Assembly (NCBI GenBank): GCA_963721525.1
Contig: CAVRJL010000007.1
Coordinates: 1 to 48,902 of the forward strand
Length of the DNA: 48,902 nucleotides
Direction of reading: 5' to 3'
Origin: an uncultured Negativicutes bacterium
GTDB taxonomy: Bacteria > Bacillota > Negativicutes > JBAXTZ01
Shown: in pieces, positions 7,987 to 20,220 of the stretch
Layout: each line of letters opens with the position of its first letter
How positions within the stretch are numbered: the stretch's first letter is position 1
The notes under the pieces: generated by a model
Databases searched by the model: none
Told to the model about the DNA's origin: nothing
Seen by the model: only the letters and a program-made list of their open reading frames with translations
Position numbers and translations under genes: made by a program

Positions 7987-10900
7987 ATGTCTGCATTTTC
8001 ACCCGTTGACTTAAAAGTTGATTTTCCTTCACTTGAACGTAGGTTGTTAAAAGAGTGGTATGAAAAAGGAATTGTTGATAAATACCTTCATAGAAATGAT
8101 GCTTCAGAAAAGAGATTTTCATTTTTAGACGGTCCGATCACTGCAAATAACCCAATGGGGGTTCATCATGCATGGGGAAGAACATATAAAGATCTTTGGC
8201 AACGGTTTTATAATATGAGAGGATACAGAGAGCGCTTTCAAAACGGTTTTGATTGTCAAGGATTATGGGTTGAAGTTGAGGTGGAGAGAGAACTTGGTAC
8301 AAGAAATAAAAAGGATATTGAGAATATTGTTAGTGGTGATCCTAAGGCAAGCATTGCTAAGTTTGTTGAACTTTGCAAAGAACGAGTTCTTAAATTCAGT
8401 AAAATTCAAACAGAACAAAGTAAGAGACTAGGTTATTTCATGGATTGGGATCATTCCTATTACACAATGTCGGATGAGAATAATTATATGATCTGGCATT
8501 TTCTTAAAAAATGTTACGAGAAAGGATGGATTTATAAAGGATTGGACAGTGTACCTTGGTGTCCTCGTTGTGAGACGGCAATTTCGCAGCATGAAATGCT
8601 AACAGAGGATTATAAGGAATTGACACACGAAACGGTTTTTGTAAAATTACCACTTATTGGTAAAGGATGGGAGGATACAAGTTTGCTTATCTGGACGACA
8701 ACGCCTTGGACTGTCCCTGCAAATATTGCGGTGGGAATAAATACTAAATTTATGTATGGTATTTGGGAAAATAATAAGACAAAGAATCGAATCATATTTA
8801 TCTCAAAAGATGAAATTGGCAATATTCCACTTCGCCATCATAAAAACAAAGAAATACAAATCAGTGAGTATTTATTTCATGGATTAGATCAGGATAAAGA
8901 TGGGGAGTATAGATTAATTAAAGAAGTTTCGGGGAAAGAGTTGCTTACTTTGCAATATTCTGCTCCTTTTGATCATTTACCTCTTGTACAAAATGCAGAA
9001 AAAGAAAAACCTGAAAAGTTTCATACTGTTGTCGATGGATCAGATATCGTGGTGTCTACAGAGGGTACAGGATTACTTCATGTTGCAACAGGTGCAGGAA
9101 AAGAAGACTTCGATCTGGGGAAAAAAGAGGGATTACCGATAATTTCTCCAATTGATGATACTGCAACTTATGTAAATGGTATGAATGAATTTAGCGGAAA
9201 AAACGCTAAAAAACATCCTGAATTGATCATTGACTATTTAAGACATACTGACAGTAGTAAATATTTATTAAAATCCTTAAATTATACCCATAGATACCCT
9301 GCCTGTTGGCGGTGTAAAAGCGAATTGGTTTGGAAAGTAACTAACGAGTGGTATATTGCTATGGACAAAGCTGAGATCTCAGATCTTAAAGATGAAAGCT
9401 CAAAATCAGAAGGGAAAACTCTTAGAGAGCAAATGATAGAGACTGCAAAAATGATTGAATGGCATCCTACATTCGGACTGGAAAGAGAATTAGATTGGTT
9501 GGAGCATATGCATGACTGGCTTATTAGTAAGAAGAATAGATATTGGGGGCTGGCTTTACCTATTTATGAATGTTTAAAGTGTGGTAATTTCGAAGTTATA
9601 GGGAGTAAAGAAGAATTACAAGCCCGAGCTGTTTCAGGATGGGTGGAATTTGAAGGGCACACTCCGCATAAACCATATATAGATGAAGTAAAAATAAAAT
9701 GTAACAAGTGTTCTGAAATAGTTTCACGAACAAACGATGTTGGTAATGTTTGGCTTGATGCAGGAATTGTTCCATTCTCGACTTTAGTAGATCCAGTAAG
9801 TCAGAAATTAAGCTATACAACAGATAAAAAATATTGGAAAGAATGGTTTCCGATAGATTTAATTACAGAGTCTTTTCCTGGGCAGTTTAAAAATTGGTTT
9901 TACTCAATGATTGCTATGTCTACTGTTCTTGAAAAACGCAATCCTTTTGAAAGTGTTTTAGGATTTGCAACTATGGTAGATGAGAAGGGTTTACCGTTTC
10001 ATAAATCGGCGGGTAACTCAATTGAATTTACAGAAGCTGCAGATAAAGCTGGAGCAGATGTTATTCGTTGGACAGTTGCCAATGCAAATCCTGAACAAAA
10101 TATATTATTCGGATTCAATGTTGCAAATGAAACACGTAGGCGTTTCCATCTCATGTTATGGAATATTTATAATTTTTTCATAACATATGCAAATATAGAT
10201 AAAATGGATGGTGAAATGTGTAAAACGCAAAACGTAACCAAAACTATTCTTGATGTATGGATTGAGAGTAGATTACAGGATACTATCGCTCTTGTCACAG
10301 ATTCTCTTGAAAAATATGAACCGCAAAAAGCTACTTTAAGCATAGAAAATTTCGTTAATGATATGTCTCTTTGGTATATCCGAAGAAGTCGTGATCGCGT
10401 TGGTTTTGCTGCAGCGGATCAATCCAGCAAGCAGGCTTTTTATGTAACGACATACGGAGTACTTGAAACCCTTTGTAGACTACTAGCTCCCTTTTACACC
10501 TTTCATGGCAGAAGAAATTTATCAGAATTTAACAAACGAAGAATCCGTTAATTTAAGTGATTGGCCAATTGCTAAGAGTGAATTGATTAACGAAGACCTT
10601 GAAGAGAATATGAGATTAGCCCGCGAACTAGCCTCGGTTATCCTCATGTAGAAGAAAAATGGCGAATGTGAAAGTAAGAATACCGATTAGAGAATTGACA
10701 TATTCCGGACCCATAGAGTTAGAAAAAAATATTTTGAAAATTGTAACGGATGAAGTTAACGTACAAAAAATAAAATATGTTGGTAAATCTGATTATGTTA
10801 CCTCTATGGGAGAAACAAGTGATATAACCAATTCTTCAAATCAAGACGAAGCTATGGGACAGGCAGAGAGAAATTATAAGGTCTATTCAAGAAGAGAGAA

Positions 10901-11040
10901 AAAAATTAGCTACAAGATTGGATGAATTAGTTAATGTTTCGTTAACTTCATGGCCAAAAGAATATGAAGAGTATATTAAACGTGAAGCGCTTATTGCCCA
11001 ATTATCAAAGGGAGAAACACTACATGTTAGCAAGATATGA
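7987..11040 (+). CDS. ileS: Isoleucine--tRNA ligase, type II (frameshifts in C-terminal part)
   Basis: DGPITANNPMGVHHAWGR, GFDCQGLWVE, WTTTPWT, HRYPACWRC, DWLISKKNRYWG, PFHKSAGN, SLWYIRRSR. Stop TGA overlaps the rodA ATG (ATGA 11037-11040). Confidence 0.95.
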
Positions 11041-12116
11041 GAAGACAATTGATTACGATAGACTGGTGGCTAATTGTCCCGGTTATCATCTTATTGATTC
11101 TTAGTTTAACTATATTATTCTCGCTTGATCCAGAGCTTTTTAAATCACAAATAATTTCCTTAGTTATTGCAACTATATTTTTTTTTATTTGTTCTAATAT
11201 TCGATACGAAGTATTTAAACCTTTTTCATTGATTATTTATATAAGCTCATTGGTGGCATTTGGTACTGTGTTGTTATTGGGATTAGAAAGCCATGGTGCT
11301 GTTCGCTGGTTACAGGTTTTCGGGGGAACAATACAATTTTCTGAGGTATGTAAACCTCTTTTAGCACTTGTATTGGCAGGATTTTTATCGGATAAAGAAA
11401 ATACCAAAGCTAAAAATTTATTTATTGTTCTCCTTTTTTTAGCACCTATTATAATTAGTATTTATCTCCAGCCTGACTTAGGAAATGCAATTATTTATCT
11501 AGTTGTTGTAATATTTGTTCTTGCAGTTTTTGGATTTCGTTTACGATGGTTTGCTATGTGTATGGCTGCTGTCCTTATATTCCTACCTGTTCTTTGGACT
11601 AAGCTGCATAGTTATCAACGCCAACGTATTTTAACTTTTTTACATCCTACGAATGATCAAAGTGGGGCTTCGTTACAACGCGATACAGGCATTGATAGCA
11701 GTAGGTTCAGGCATGTTTTTTGGGAGAGGATTAAGCGAAGGAACACAGTCAGGGTTACGTTTTTTACCTGAACGACACACGGATTTTATTTTCGCTTCTC
11801 TTACTGAAGAATTAGGATTTGTGGAGGAATTCTTGTTTTAGTGGCATTTGCAGTATTACTTTATCGAATATATAATATATTCCGTCAGTGCGAAGATCCA
11901 TATGCGAAAGTTTTTTCTGCGTGCGCATTCGCAATAATCTTAACACATGTATTTCTAAATATTGGTATGAATATTGGTTTGATTCCTATCGTTGGTGTCA
12001 CTTTACCGTTTGTTTCTTTTGGCGGGAGCTCACTTTTGGCAAATGCCATCATCCTAGGTATTTTGTCTTCAATTAGTAGTACACTTACGCGTAGACATGT
12101 GCTGGAAATTAGGTGA
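11037..12116 (+). CDS. rodA: SEDS family peptidoglycan glycosyltransferase RodA/FtsW (frameshifted)
   Basis: [51 protein letters not shown]. Confidence 0.9.
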
Positions 12117-12122
12117 AAAACT

Positions 12123-12131
12123 TGCTATAAT
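12123..12131 (+). promoter_or_regulatory. Extended -10 TGCTATAAT, 8 nt before rplU ATG
   Basis: Direct sequence match. Confidence 0.7.
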
Positions 12132-12139
12132 AGCAAAAT

Positions 12140-12468
12140 ATGAAATATGCGGTCATTCAAACAGGTGGAAAACAATATAAGGTGGCTGAAGGTGATGTCA
12201 TAACAGTTGAGAGATTGCCTTTGTTGGAAAAAGAAGACTTTGTTTGCCAAGATGTTTTATTGTATAACAATGATGATGAAGTACTTATTGGCACTCCACA
12301 TCTTCCTGAAGTAATTGTTCGTGGGAGTGTTTGGAACACATAAAAGGCACAAAAATTCGTGTTGGAAAATATAAGGCAAAAGTTCGCTATCGTAAGGTAA
12401 CAGGTCATCGCCAGAGTCTTTCAAAATTACAAATAACCGTGATTGACAGTAAGGCAAGAAAAAGTTAA
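12140..12468 (+). CDS. rplU: 50S ribosomal protein L21 (frameshift near 12330)
   Basis: MKYAVIQTGGKQYKV...; continues in another frame KYKAKVRYRKVTGHRQ. Confidence 0.95.
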
Positions 12469-12490
12469 AGAAAAAGGTGAATCATTACCA

Positions 12491-12519
12491 TTGACATCTG
12501 TGAAAAGTTTGTCTACAAT
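12491..12519 (+). promoter_or_regulatory. sigma70 promoter TTGACA-17-TACAAT upstream of rpmA-parB
   Basis: Direct match; would give an AT-rich leader of about 40 nt without SD. Confidence 0.7.
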
Positions 12520-12563
12520 AAACTCACTTTTCACAAATATATTTTGTTTTAAAATTTTGACAT

Positions 12564-12816
12564 ATGGCACATACAAAAGCACAAGGTTCAGTTAGGGGAA
12601 ATAGAGATTCTATAGCAAAGCGCTTAGGCGTTAAACTATATGGTGGAGCTAAGGCAAATCCTTGGGAATATTATTGTCCGTCGAAAAGGAACTAAATTCT
12701 TTCCAGGTGATGGTGTAGAAATGGGGAAAGACTATACCTTGTTTGCTATAAGATCTGGGGTTGTTAATTTTAAGCAGCTTAGAGGAAAACAAATTATAGA
12801 GGTTTTGCATGGATAA
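12564..12816 (+). CDS. rpmA: 50S ribosomal protein L27 (1-nt insertion near 12662; not in ORF track)
   Basis: [28 protein letters not shown]...[25 protein letters not shown]. Confidence 0.95.
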
Positions 12817-13629
12817 TACAGATAAATTAATTGAATTGGATATTAATCAGTTACAATCTAACCCTCTTCAGCCCTCGTGGAGTCATCACTCAGGAATCTT
12901 TGGCTGACTTAGTAGAATCTTTACGAGAACAAGGAATTCTTGAACCGATTGTAGTCGCGCAAACTCCTGCTGGTTATCAAATTATTGCGGGTGAACGTCG
13001 TTGGAGAGCAGCTAAATTAGCAGGGATGATAAAACTATTCCTGTGGTTGTTAAAATAACTACACCTCAGGGTATGCTAGAAATGGCAATTGTAGAAAATG
13101 TACAGCGTGAAGATTTAAATCCAATCGAGCGAGCATTAGCATATAAAAGACTGATTGATGAATTTGGTCTGGGAACCAATCAGGTAGCAAAAAATAGGAA
13201 AGAGTGCTCCAGCTGTTTCCAATACTATTCGATTGCTTTCTCTTCCGGATGATTAAAGATGCTCTAGTTGCTGGTGTGATTACTGAAGGTCATGTACGTC
13301 CTCTTATATCTCTTGGTGATCCGAAACTCATGCTGGAAGTGTTTAAAAAGATTCTTAGGGAAAATGCTACTGTTAGACAAACAGAAGAAATTGCTAGAAA
13401 ATTAAAGGAGAAGTGCAACAACAAAGAGCCTAGAGAAGCAAAAAATAAGTTATGGATTCCTGAGCAGGATGCTATGGCAAAAGAAATTCAAGAACATTTT
13501 GAATTTAGTAAGGTAAAAATTGAACAATCAAGTAAAATGGCACGAATTCTTATTGAAGTTAAAGGCGATGTTGACATGACTAGTGGAAAAATAAAACAAA
13601 TCCACGATATTCTCACGCAATCCTCATAG
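12809..13629 (+). CDS. parB: ParB/Spo0J family partition protein (frameshifted)
   Basis: [46 protein letters not shown]. Confidence 0.93.
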
Positions 13630-13642
13630 ACTCTTTTTTATT

Positions 13643-14209
13643 TTAATTAGTAAACGGATTTCTGATTATTCGCATTGCGTTGATATGCTAATAGACGAAA
13701 AATGATTTACCGATTATACTGTCAATACGAATTGGACCGAATTCACGTGAGTCCGAACTTTCTGGCCTATTATCTCCCATTACAAAATAATATCCCTGGG
13801 GAACTATTATCGGGTCGTCTTCTTTTAAATACGCACCAGCATATGAACGTATATCACTGGAAACATATGCACTCTCATCAAGCTTTTTATCGTTAATATA
13901 AATAAAGCCATCGTGAATATATAGCTTTTCACCTGGAAGACCAATAATACGTTTAATAAAGTCTTTGGTGGAATCTGTAGGTGCTATAAAAACGATAACA
14001 TCTCCTCTTTTTAAGTGGACTAAGTCGTAAAGTGATGAGATTCGTTAAAATATATTCACCGTTTTTAAAAGTAGGGAACATCGAAATACCATTTACCTGA
14101 AATGGTCGGAAGAGGGAAAATGTAGATGATTAGGAATATTGAAGCAGCTGAGGAGTAGTGTCTGTAAGCTATCGGCTAAAAAACCCCATAACTTTTTGAA
14201 AAATTCCAT
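13643..14209 (-). CDS. lepB: Signal peptidase I (frameshifted; not in ORF track)
   Basis: Minus strand: RPFQVNGISMFPT (catalytic Ser), KDFIKRIIGLPG (catalytic Lys), YFVMGDNRPESSDSREFG. Confidence 0.9.
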
Positions 14210-14215
14210 TTCTCT

Positions 14216-14244
14216 ATTATTCTTGATTTAGCTTGTTTTGTCAA
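14216..14244 (-). promoter_or_regulatory. lepB promoter TTGACA-17-AATAAT, 6 nt before ATG
   Basis: Direct match on the minus strand. Confidence 0.6.
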
Positions 14245-14249
14245 TTAGA

Positions 14250-14278
14250 TTGTCAATTATAAAAGATTTTGTTAAGAT
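14250..14278 (+). promoter_or_regulatory. tRNA-Val promoter TTGTCA-17-TAAGAT with TG extension
   Basis: Direct match, 8 nt before the tRNA 5' end. Confidence 0.65.
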
Positions 14279-14286
14279 GGAGCAAC

Positions 14287-14359
14287 GGATCTGTAGCTCA
14301 GTTGGTTAGAGCGTTTCATTCACATTGAAAAGGTAGAGGTTCGAATCCTCTCAGGTCCA
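14287..14359 (+). tRNA. tRNA-Val(CAC)
   Basis: Acceptor GGATCTG/CAGGTCC, D-arm GCTC/GAGC, anticodon arm TTTCA-TTCACAT-TGAAA, T-arm AGAGG-TTCGAAT-CCTCT; followed by CCG, not CCA. Confidence 0.93.
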
Positions 14360-14378
14360 CCGGTTTGAATGTGTTTAT

Positions 14379-16269
14379 ATGTTGAAAAAACTCTTATCTA
14401 AAAAAGTATTGCCATTTCTTTACTTCTTTATATTTTTATTCTTTTTTATACTTAAGCTTAATGACGTCGGGCTTGCTATGCGTAGTAGAATAGCTATTAC
14501 ATCAACTTTGGACTTTTCTTGGTTTTCAGATGCAATTGAAAGAAATTTACATGGATATGTTTTAGGAAAAGATTTCGTTTTTACTTATGGTCCGCTATTT
14601 CAGTTCATTTACTCACTTTTCCTTCACAGTTTCTTCATGTTCCTTCGTATATCGCAGTTGCTCTTTCTCCACTTATTTCGTTTATTATTATATTCATCCT
14701 TATTTTGATTCTTACTTTCTATATTACTGCAAACACTTACGAACGGATAACGTTAATATGTTTTCTTTTGGTAGTTGGTGGATTGCTAGTCTCCGATGGT
14801 AGCGATACAGTTAGATTGCTTATACCCATGGTTTATGCTCTGATACTTTATACAACGATTACAAAAAAATTATCGTGGATTAAAATACTTTTGCTTTCAT
14901 TTTTACCCACGCTTTTTGGGTTATATTCCTACAATTTATTTATAACTACATTTTTATTTACTATTATTTTTTTACTAATACTTTTTTGTATAAATAGAAA
15001 GACATTTTTACTGAATAAAAAATATTATATTCTTTTATTTATATTTATAATTTTATTTCAGTTTATCTGTAGTTTATATCTTACACATAACATGAACTAC
15101 ATAGAAAATTCGCTGGACTCTGTTGGAAATTATAGATATATTTTAAACCTAACATGGACAACTGATAGAAGTAATGTTTTAGTTGTTTTCCCGTTTATCT
15201 TAGTTTTTCTCGGGGGGTTACATGTTTAAAAAACAAATATTTTCTACCAATCTTAGGAATATATTTCTTACGCTTATTTTAATATCATTTATTAGTCTGG
15301 ATGAAACAGTAAGTAGATCAGATGCAGGACATCTTTTAATTGCTGTTTATCCCAGTATTATTACTTTAGTCCTTTATTATAATGTTTTTTCTTATTCAAA
15401 AAAAACGTGAATTTGCAATTTTAGCTATACTTTTTTTCTTACTTATACCTTTTAAACCAACTTATTACAACACACTTGCTCCAAAGAATATTGTCAAAGT
15501 TATACAAGTGATTAGACACAAATCATCATTTTTTTCAATATATCAATTACCTGTTGGATCTTATTTAACAGAAACCGATGTTAACCAAATAACAAAGATA
15601 ATCCAAAAACAAAAAAAGAGTGTCTATATCTATCCGTACGATAGTTATATTCTTAATATTGTAGGTAAAACATATAATTCTTTTACATTAGGAACTTATC
15701 TTTCCTCAAATTCACTTATAGAACAAGAAACAATACGAGGATTGCAAGCAAGTCCACCGTCTATAGTTATTATAGCTGTAGATAATAAAGGTGCAATTGC
15801 ATTAGATAATATTCCGAATTTTACTAGAAATCCTTTGATCGCAAAATGGCTAATTAAAAGCTATTCTCTATTACAAACTGATCCTAAATATATTGTATTG
15901 AGGGTTGATCCCTATAAGAAACAAATAAAGATTAATCGTTGTCAAGGATATCAATTAACAATCAAATTGTCTCAAGGAGAATCTTTATTGCAAAAAATAG
16001 TGGATATCTTTAAGCAACCACTTTATTATATGGGAGCGACACGATTGCCTTATGCACCATGGTCTGACACCTATTTAATATTCCCAAATATTGCTAGCGA
16101 GAATGGATTAAAAAATTTATTTACAATCGAAAAAAATATAAACTGCTCTAATTATTATAAACAAAATAGCCAAGATATAGTGATAAACAGAATTGACCCA
16201 ATTTTCAGAAGAAATCAGACCTTTGTATTTAATAAAAAAGAATTTATAAAAAAATCTATAGATTTGTAA
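14379..16269 (+). CDS. Polytopic membrane protein, probable GT-C fold (several frameshifts)
   Basis: TLDFSW...GKDFVFTYGPL N-terminal loop, RSDAGHL, many TMs, soluble C-terminal domain; four ORF pieces in series. Confidence 0.6.
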
Positions 16270-16304
16270 AAAAAATGGATGTATACTATCAATATCTTAT
16301 TTGT

Positions 16305-17262
16305 ATGAAAAAAAAAATCTTGTAACAGGGGGAGCAGGGATTTATTGGTAAGTCGTTAGTACAGTACTGGTAAAAAACTGAACTTGGAACGATCTGCAAG
16401 AAATAATTCCGTGGACTATTTCTTAATTAGGAAATTTAACAAAAAATGTTTCCTTAAAAAAGGAGAAATCAGAGATAAAAAAGCAGTTCAAAAAGGTGTG
16501 TAGAGACATAGACTGTGTTGTTCATCTTGAAATATGTTAACGGGGGAGAAAATTTTTATAAAAGACCTGATGTTGTTTTAGATGTTGCAATAAGAGGAAT
16601 CGACAAATATTATTTGATGTTTGTATAACGGAAGGAGTGCAGGTACTTTTTCTTGCTTCTAGCTCAGAAGTGTATAACGATACGAGATTGATTCCAACAA
16701 AAGAAGATGTTCAATTAGTTATTCCATATCCGTTTAACCCCAACTGATGGTACTCATATTCAGGTGGTAAAATTATAAGTGAATTATTAGTAATTAATAA
16801 TAGTAAACATTTCAAAAAAACAGTTATATTTAGACTGCATAATGTCCATGTCCTGTATGGAATATGAGCATGTTATTCCACAGTTATATTGGAAGGATAG
16901 AGAGTTAACGAAAAAAAATGAAAAAGATTTTTCAAATTCAGGGAAATTGGAGAAGAATCTCGTACTTTTATATACATAGATGATTTCATTTAATGCTCTA
17001 ATGCTTTTGCTAAAAGAGCTGAAAATTTACAAATATATAACATTGTAAAACAAAATGAGATAACAGCTGGAGAAATAGCTTGATGCTCGCTAAACTGTAT
17101 AATACAGAAATAATTTAATTAAAGGTCCCTGAGCTTCAGGGAGTCCCAAAAGACGATGCCCGGATATAACGAATTAACAAAAGTTTGCATTTTGCAGCAA
17201 AAGTTAAGCTTGAACTATGGCTTTCACAAAACCAAAAGACTGGGTACGAAAAGAACGCATGA
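16305..17262 (+). pseudogene. NAD-dependent sugar epimerase/dehydratase, heavily disrupted (decay or read error)
   Basis: LVTGGAGFIG, LASSSEVY, YSYSGGKIISELL, FIYIDDF recognisable across frames. Confidence 0.75.
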
Positions 17263-18520
17263 AACCAATTAATAAAAAATGTCCAATGGAAAGAAAAGAG
17301 AGAGTTGTCATATTGTGGTTTAAGCAATTGATAAAATTTCTTTCTTCTAGAAATAACTTCCTTCAAACAGTTTTATACCACCAGATAAAATTCCATTTGA
17401 AAAATGTTATCCACTTGATACTATTTTTGCGAAAAGCTGTCATCCTGGTACAAACTCACCTAATGCTTGAGTTGCAGAGATCATCTTTGATGAATATCTT
17501 ATATCTATTCTTCAAGCTTAAAGCTTTAGAATAAAATATTATACACATCTTGTAACAAGTCGTATCTTCACGTTTTAATCTAAAAAATAAGGATGTAGTC
17601 GTTGATATTGGTTGCAACGATTGTATTTACTAATAGGTATTTATTTCCCGGTTTAACTATAATTGGCGTCAGCCATTACAAGTTGGAGATATAGCAATTA
17701 AAGCAGGCTTTGAAGTTATAAAAGCATTTTTTTTTAGTTCAAAAATTAGTGAAAAGATTGTAAAAAAACATGGACAAGCTAAAGTGGGTAATGAACGAAT
17801 ATTTTGCAAATATGTTGATGATATAGCAAGTTTTGGGGAAGGATTACCTCTTCTTCTTGGAGATGAGGGAGTCTTTATTATTGAAGCACCCTATTTGCTC
17901 GATTTAATCGATAAGTACTTTTTGATAAATTTATCATGAGCACTTGTGTTACTTGAGTTTAATTTCTATGCAAAGATTTTAGAAAAGTTCGAATTGGAAG
18001 TGTTCGAGATCGAACCAATACCCTTTGGCGCATCTGGGCCTGCTATACGTGTGTTGATTCAAACAGAAAAAGCTAGAGGGCCAATTGAAGATTCAGTCAA
18101 TCTTCGTCTTCTTGAATGAAAAGAAATGGGAATCGGAAAAAAGAAAAATATCTACACTATTCTCAAAAAATTAAAAAAATAAAAAATAGAGTGCATAAAA
18201 TGATGAAAAGATATATGCATCAAAAGCTTCATTTGGAGGATACGGTGCACCAGCTAAGGGGAATACATTACTTAACTACTTCGCAATTACTCCTGAGGAG
18301 ATGGATATGTATTGCCGAGAGAAATACAGTGAAACAAGGGCTAGTGACTCTAGGTATTCATATTCCAATTGTCAGTGAAGAAGAATTTTTACAACGCATG
18401 CCGGAACACGAATTATGGATTATCATGGGAATTATCTGGACTGTTTTCTAAAAAAAAAGTCCTTATATTCAAAAAGGAGGTAAATTTTTAGTTCCATTTC
18501 TGAAAACTGCGATTGTTTGA
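17259..18520 (+). pseudogene. NDP-sugar C-methyltransferase-type class I SAM enzyme, heavily disrupted
   Basis: VVDIGCND, GVFIIEAPYL, YHEHL.Y, GYGAPAKGNTLLNY, HIPIVSEE, SWNY, KGGKFLVP. Confidence 0.75.
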
Positions 18521-19270
18521 AAAAAACAATTAGAGAGAGAAGAGAACTGCCCCCCAATTATCGATCGTTATTCCTGGTATATAACGAACGGGAAAATATT
18601 CTTAAAACACTTGAAGAAATAAAGCGATGCAATGACGGTACCACATGAAATTATTATTGTTTATGTATTTTGACGAGGACACAACTCTTCTGTTAACAAA
18701 CAGTAAAGATGAAAAAAAGAAATTTGTTTATTATAAAAAAAATATTGTGGGGACTTCCAGGTGCAATTAGAACAGGTATAACCATATCTCGGCTTGATGT
18801 ATTCTGGTGACAATGGCAGACCTTTATGACTCGCCAAGTGGAAAAATATTTATGAAACTAGTACCGAATAAATATGCTATCGTTGTCCCTAAGGTATTGT
18901 AAGTGGGAGTAGAGCAGCTTGAAGGAATCGGTTAAAGGCATGGGCGCCTAATTGGCAGGTTGGCTGCTGGGATGTGTTGGGAGGTATTCCGGACCGTAGA
19001 TCCGACAAATAGTTTTTAAAAATGTATGGTCTAAAATTTTAAACAAATATTCGCTGAAGAGTACTGAAGCTTTAGTGTTACGTTAGAAATCCGAGTGAAA
19101 GCATATACGCCAAAGGATATGAAATTATTGAAATTCTGATGGTTCGGGTGTGACCGATAGTATGGTAAGACTAATTTTAAACTGTGGTTATCTCTAATAA
19201 TTATTTCCCATGGTTCTGTTACGGATCCATCAATTGCCGGAAGAATATCGTAAATAGTCGCCTCTATTAG
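18517..19270 (+). pseudogene. GT2 glycosyltransferase, polyprenol-phosphate glycosyltransferase (DPM1)-like, heavily disrupted
   Basis: SIVIP.YNE.ENI, FDEDTT, GAIRTGI, VTMAD, DPTNSF, FSVTLEI..KA, GKTNFKL. Ends approximate. Confidence 0.65.
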
Positions 19271-19355
19271 TCTTGCATATTCGCACATTCATAGATTGTT
19301 TTTATAGTTTGTTATATTGTGAATAAGAGCGGTATATTGGACTGAATGAGGAAAA

Positions 19356-20072
19356 TTAGGATGAGTTATTTTATAAAGAAAGTAAAATAAAAAAAAATCA
19401 TAACTTATAATAAATTTTAAACTTATGTTTTTATTGTTAAAATAATAACTAAATATGTAATATACTGAGTAGTTAATGCGTTGACATTTGGATGTGGGGT
19501 TGGAAGAATAGACTTTTATTTATCTAATAAGGTAAAATCTATCCTTGGCATAACATATCTTCAAAATAATTGCAAACAGCTAATAATACCTAAAATTTTG
19601 ATATTAAAAATTTAAAATTGAAAGAAATGACTTTCCCTGACATAACTCCACAAGGGAAGTTTGATTTAATAATATGTTTAGAAGTTATTGAAATCTAGAG
19701 ATGACGATTTAACTTTTCATAACATTTACAAACTGTTGAAAAAAGGAGGTATTGCTATAATATCAACTCCTTCAAGAACCAACCGCCACATAACTGGATT
19801 AGCTGAAATTTTGATAAAAGGGTTGGTGCATTAAGAATATATATATTAAGTCGATTTAATAAATCTTTCAACAAAAAACGGTTTAAAAGTTAAAGAGATA
19901 TGATTTTTCCGAAGGAATAATTAGAAATTTTCTCTTTTTAAACCCAGTTGCTGGTAAATTTGTAAGATTTATTAAATATTATCTTGTAAACATAGTGTCG
20001 TATATTGACGATATTTCATTAAAACTATTTGGAGAATCTAACATAATTTTAGTGTGACAGAAAACTTCCTGA
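19356..20072 (+). pseudogene. Class I SAM-dependent methyltransferase, heavily disrupted
   Basis: FGCGVGR, KFDLIICLEVIE, LKKGGIAIISTPS. Ends approximate. Confidence 0.65.
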
Positions 20073-20220
20073 TTAAAATAATTTGTCTCTCCAGCCTCAT
20101 AGTGTTGAATAAGACTGATGGTTACAGTATCTTTTATATTGGAAAAAAATCAAGGATTGTTTATAGCTATTCTTTGTGAGCTTTAAAATTAACAAGGCTG
20201 TTGCATAAGTAATATAATAT

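Noticed and set aside
9721-9735. parS-like GTTTCACGAACAAAC in ileS (also TGTTTCACG near 46517)
   Set aside because: Only half of the 16-bp palindrome matches, inside coding sequence.
7987-14209. Pseudogenisation or programmed frameshifting of ileS, rodA, rplU, rpmA, parB, lepB
   Set aside because: Motifs are fully conserved on both sides of each break, and no consistent slippery site or stimulatory structure was seen.
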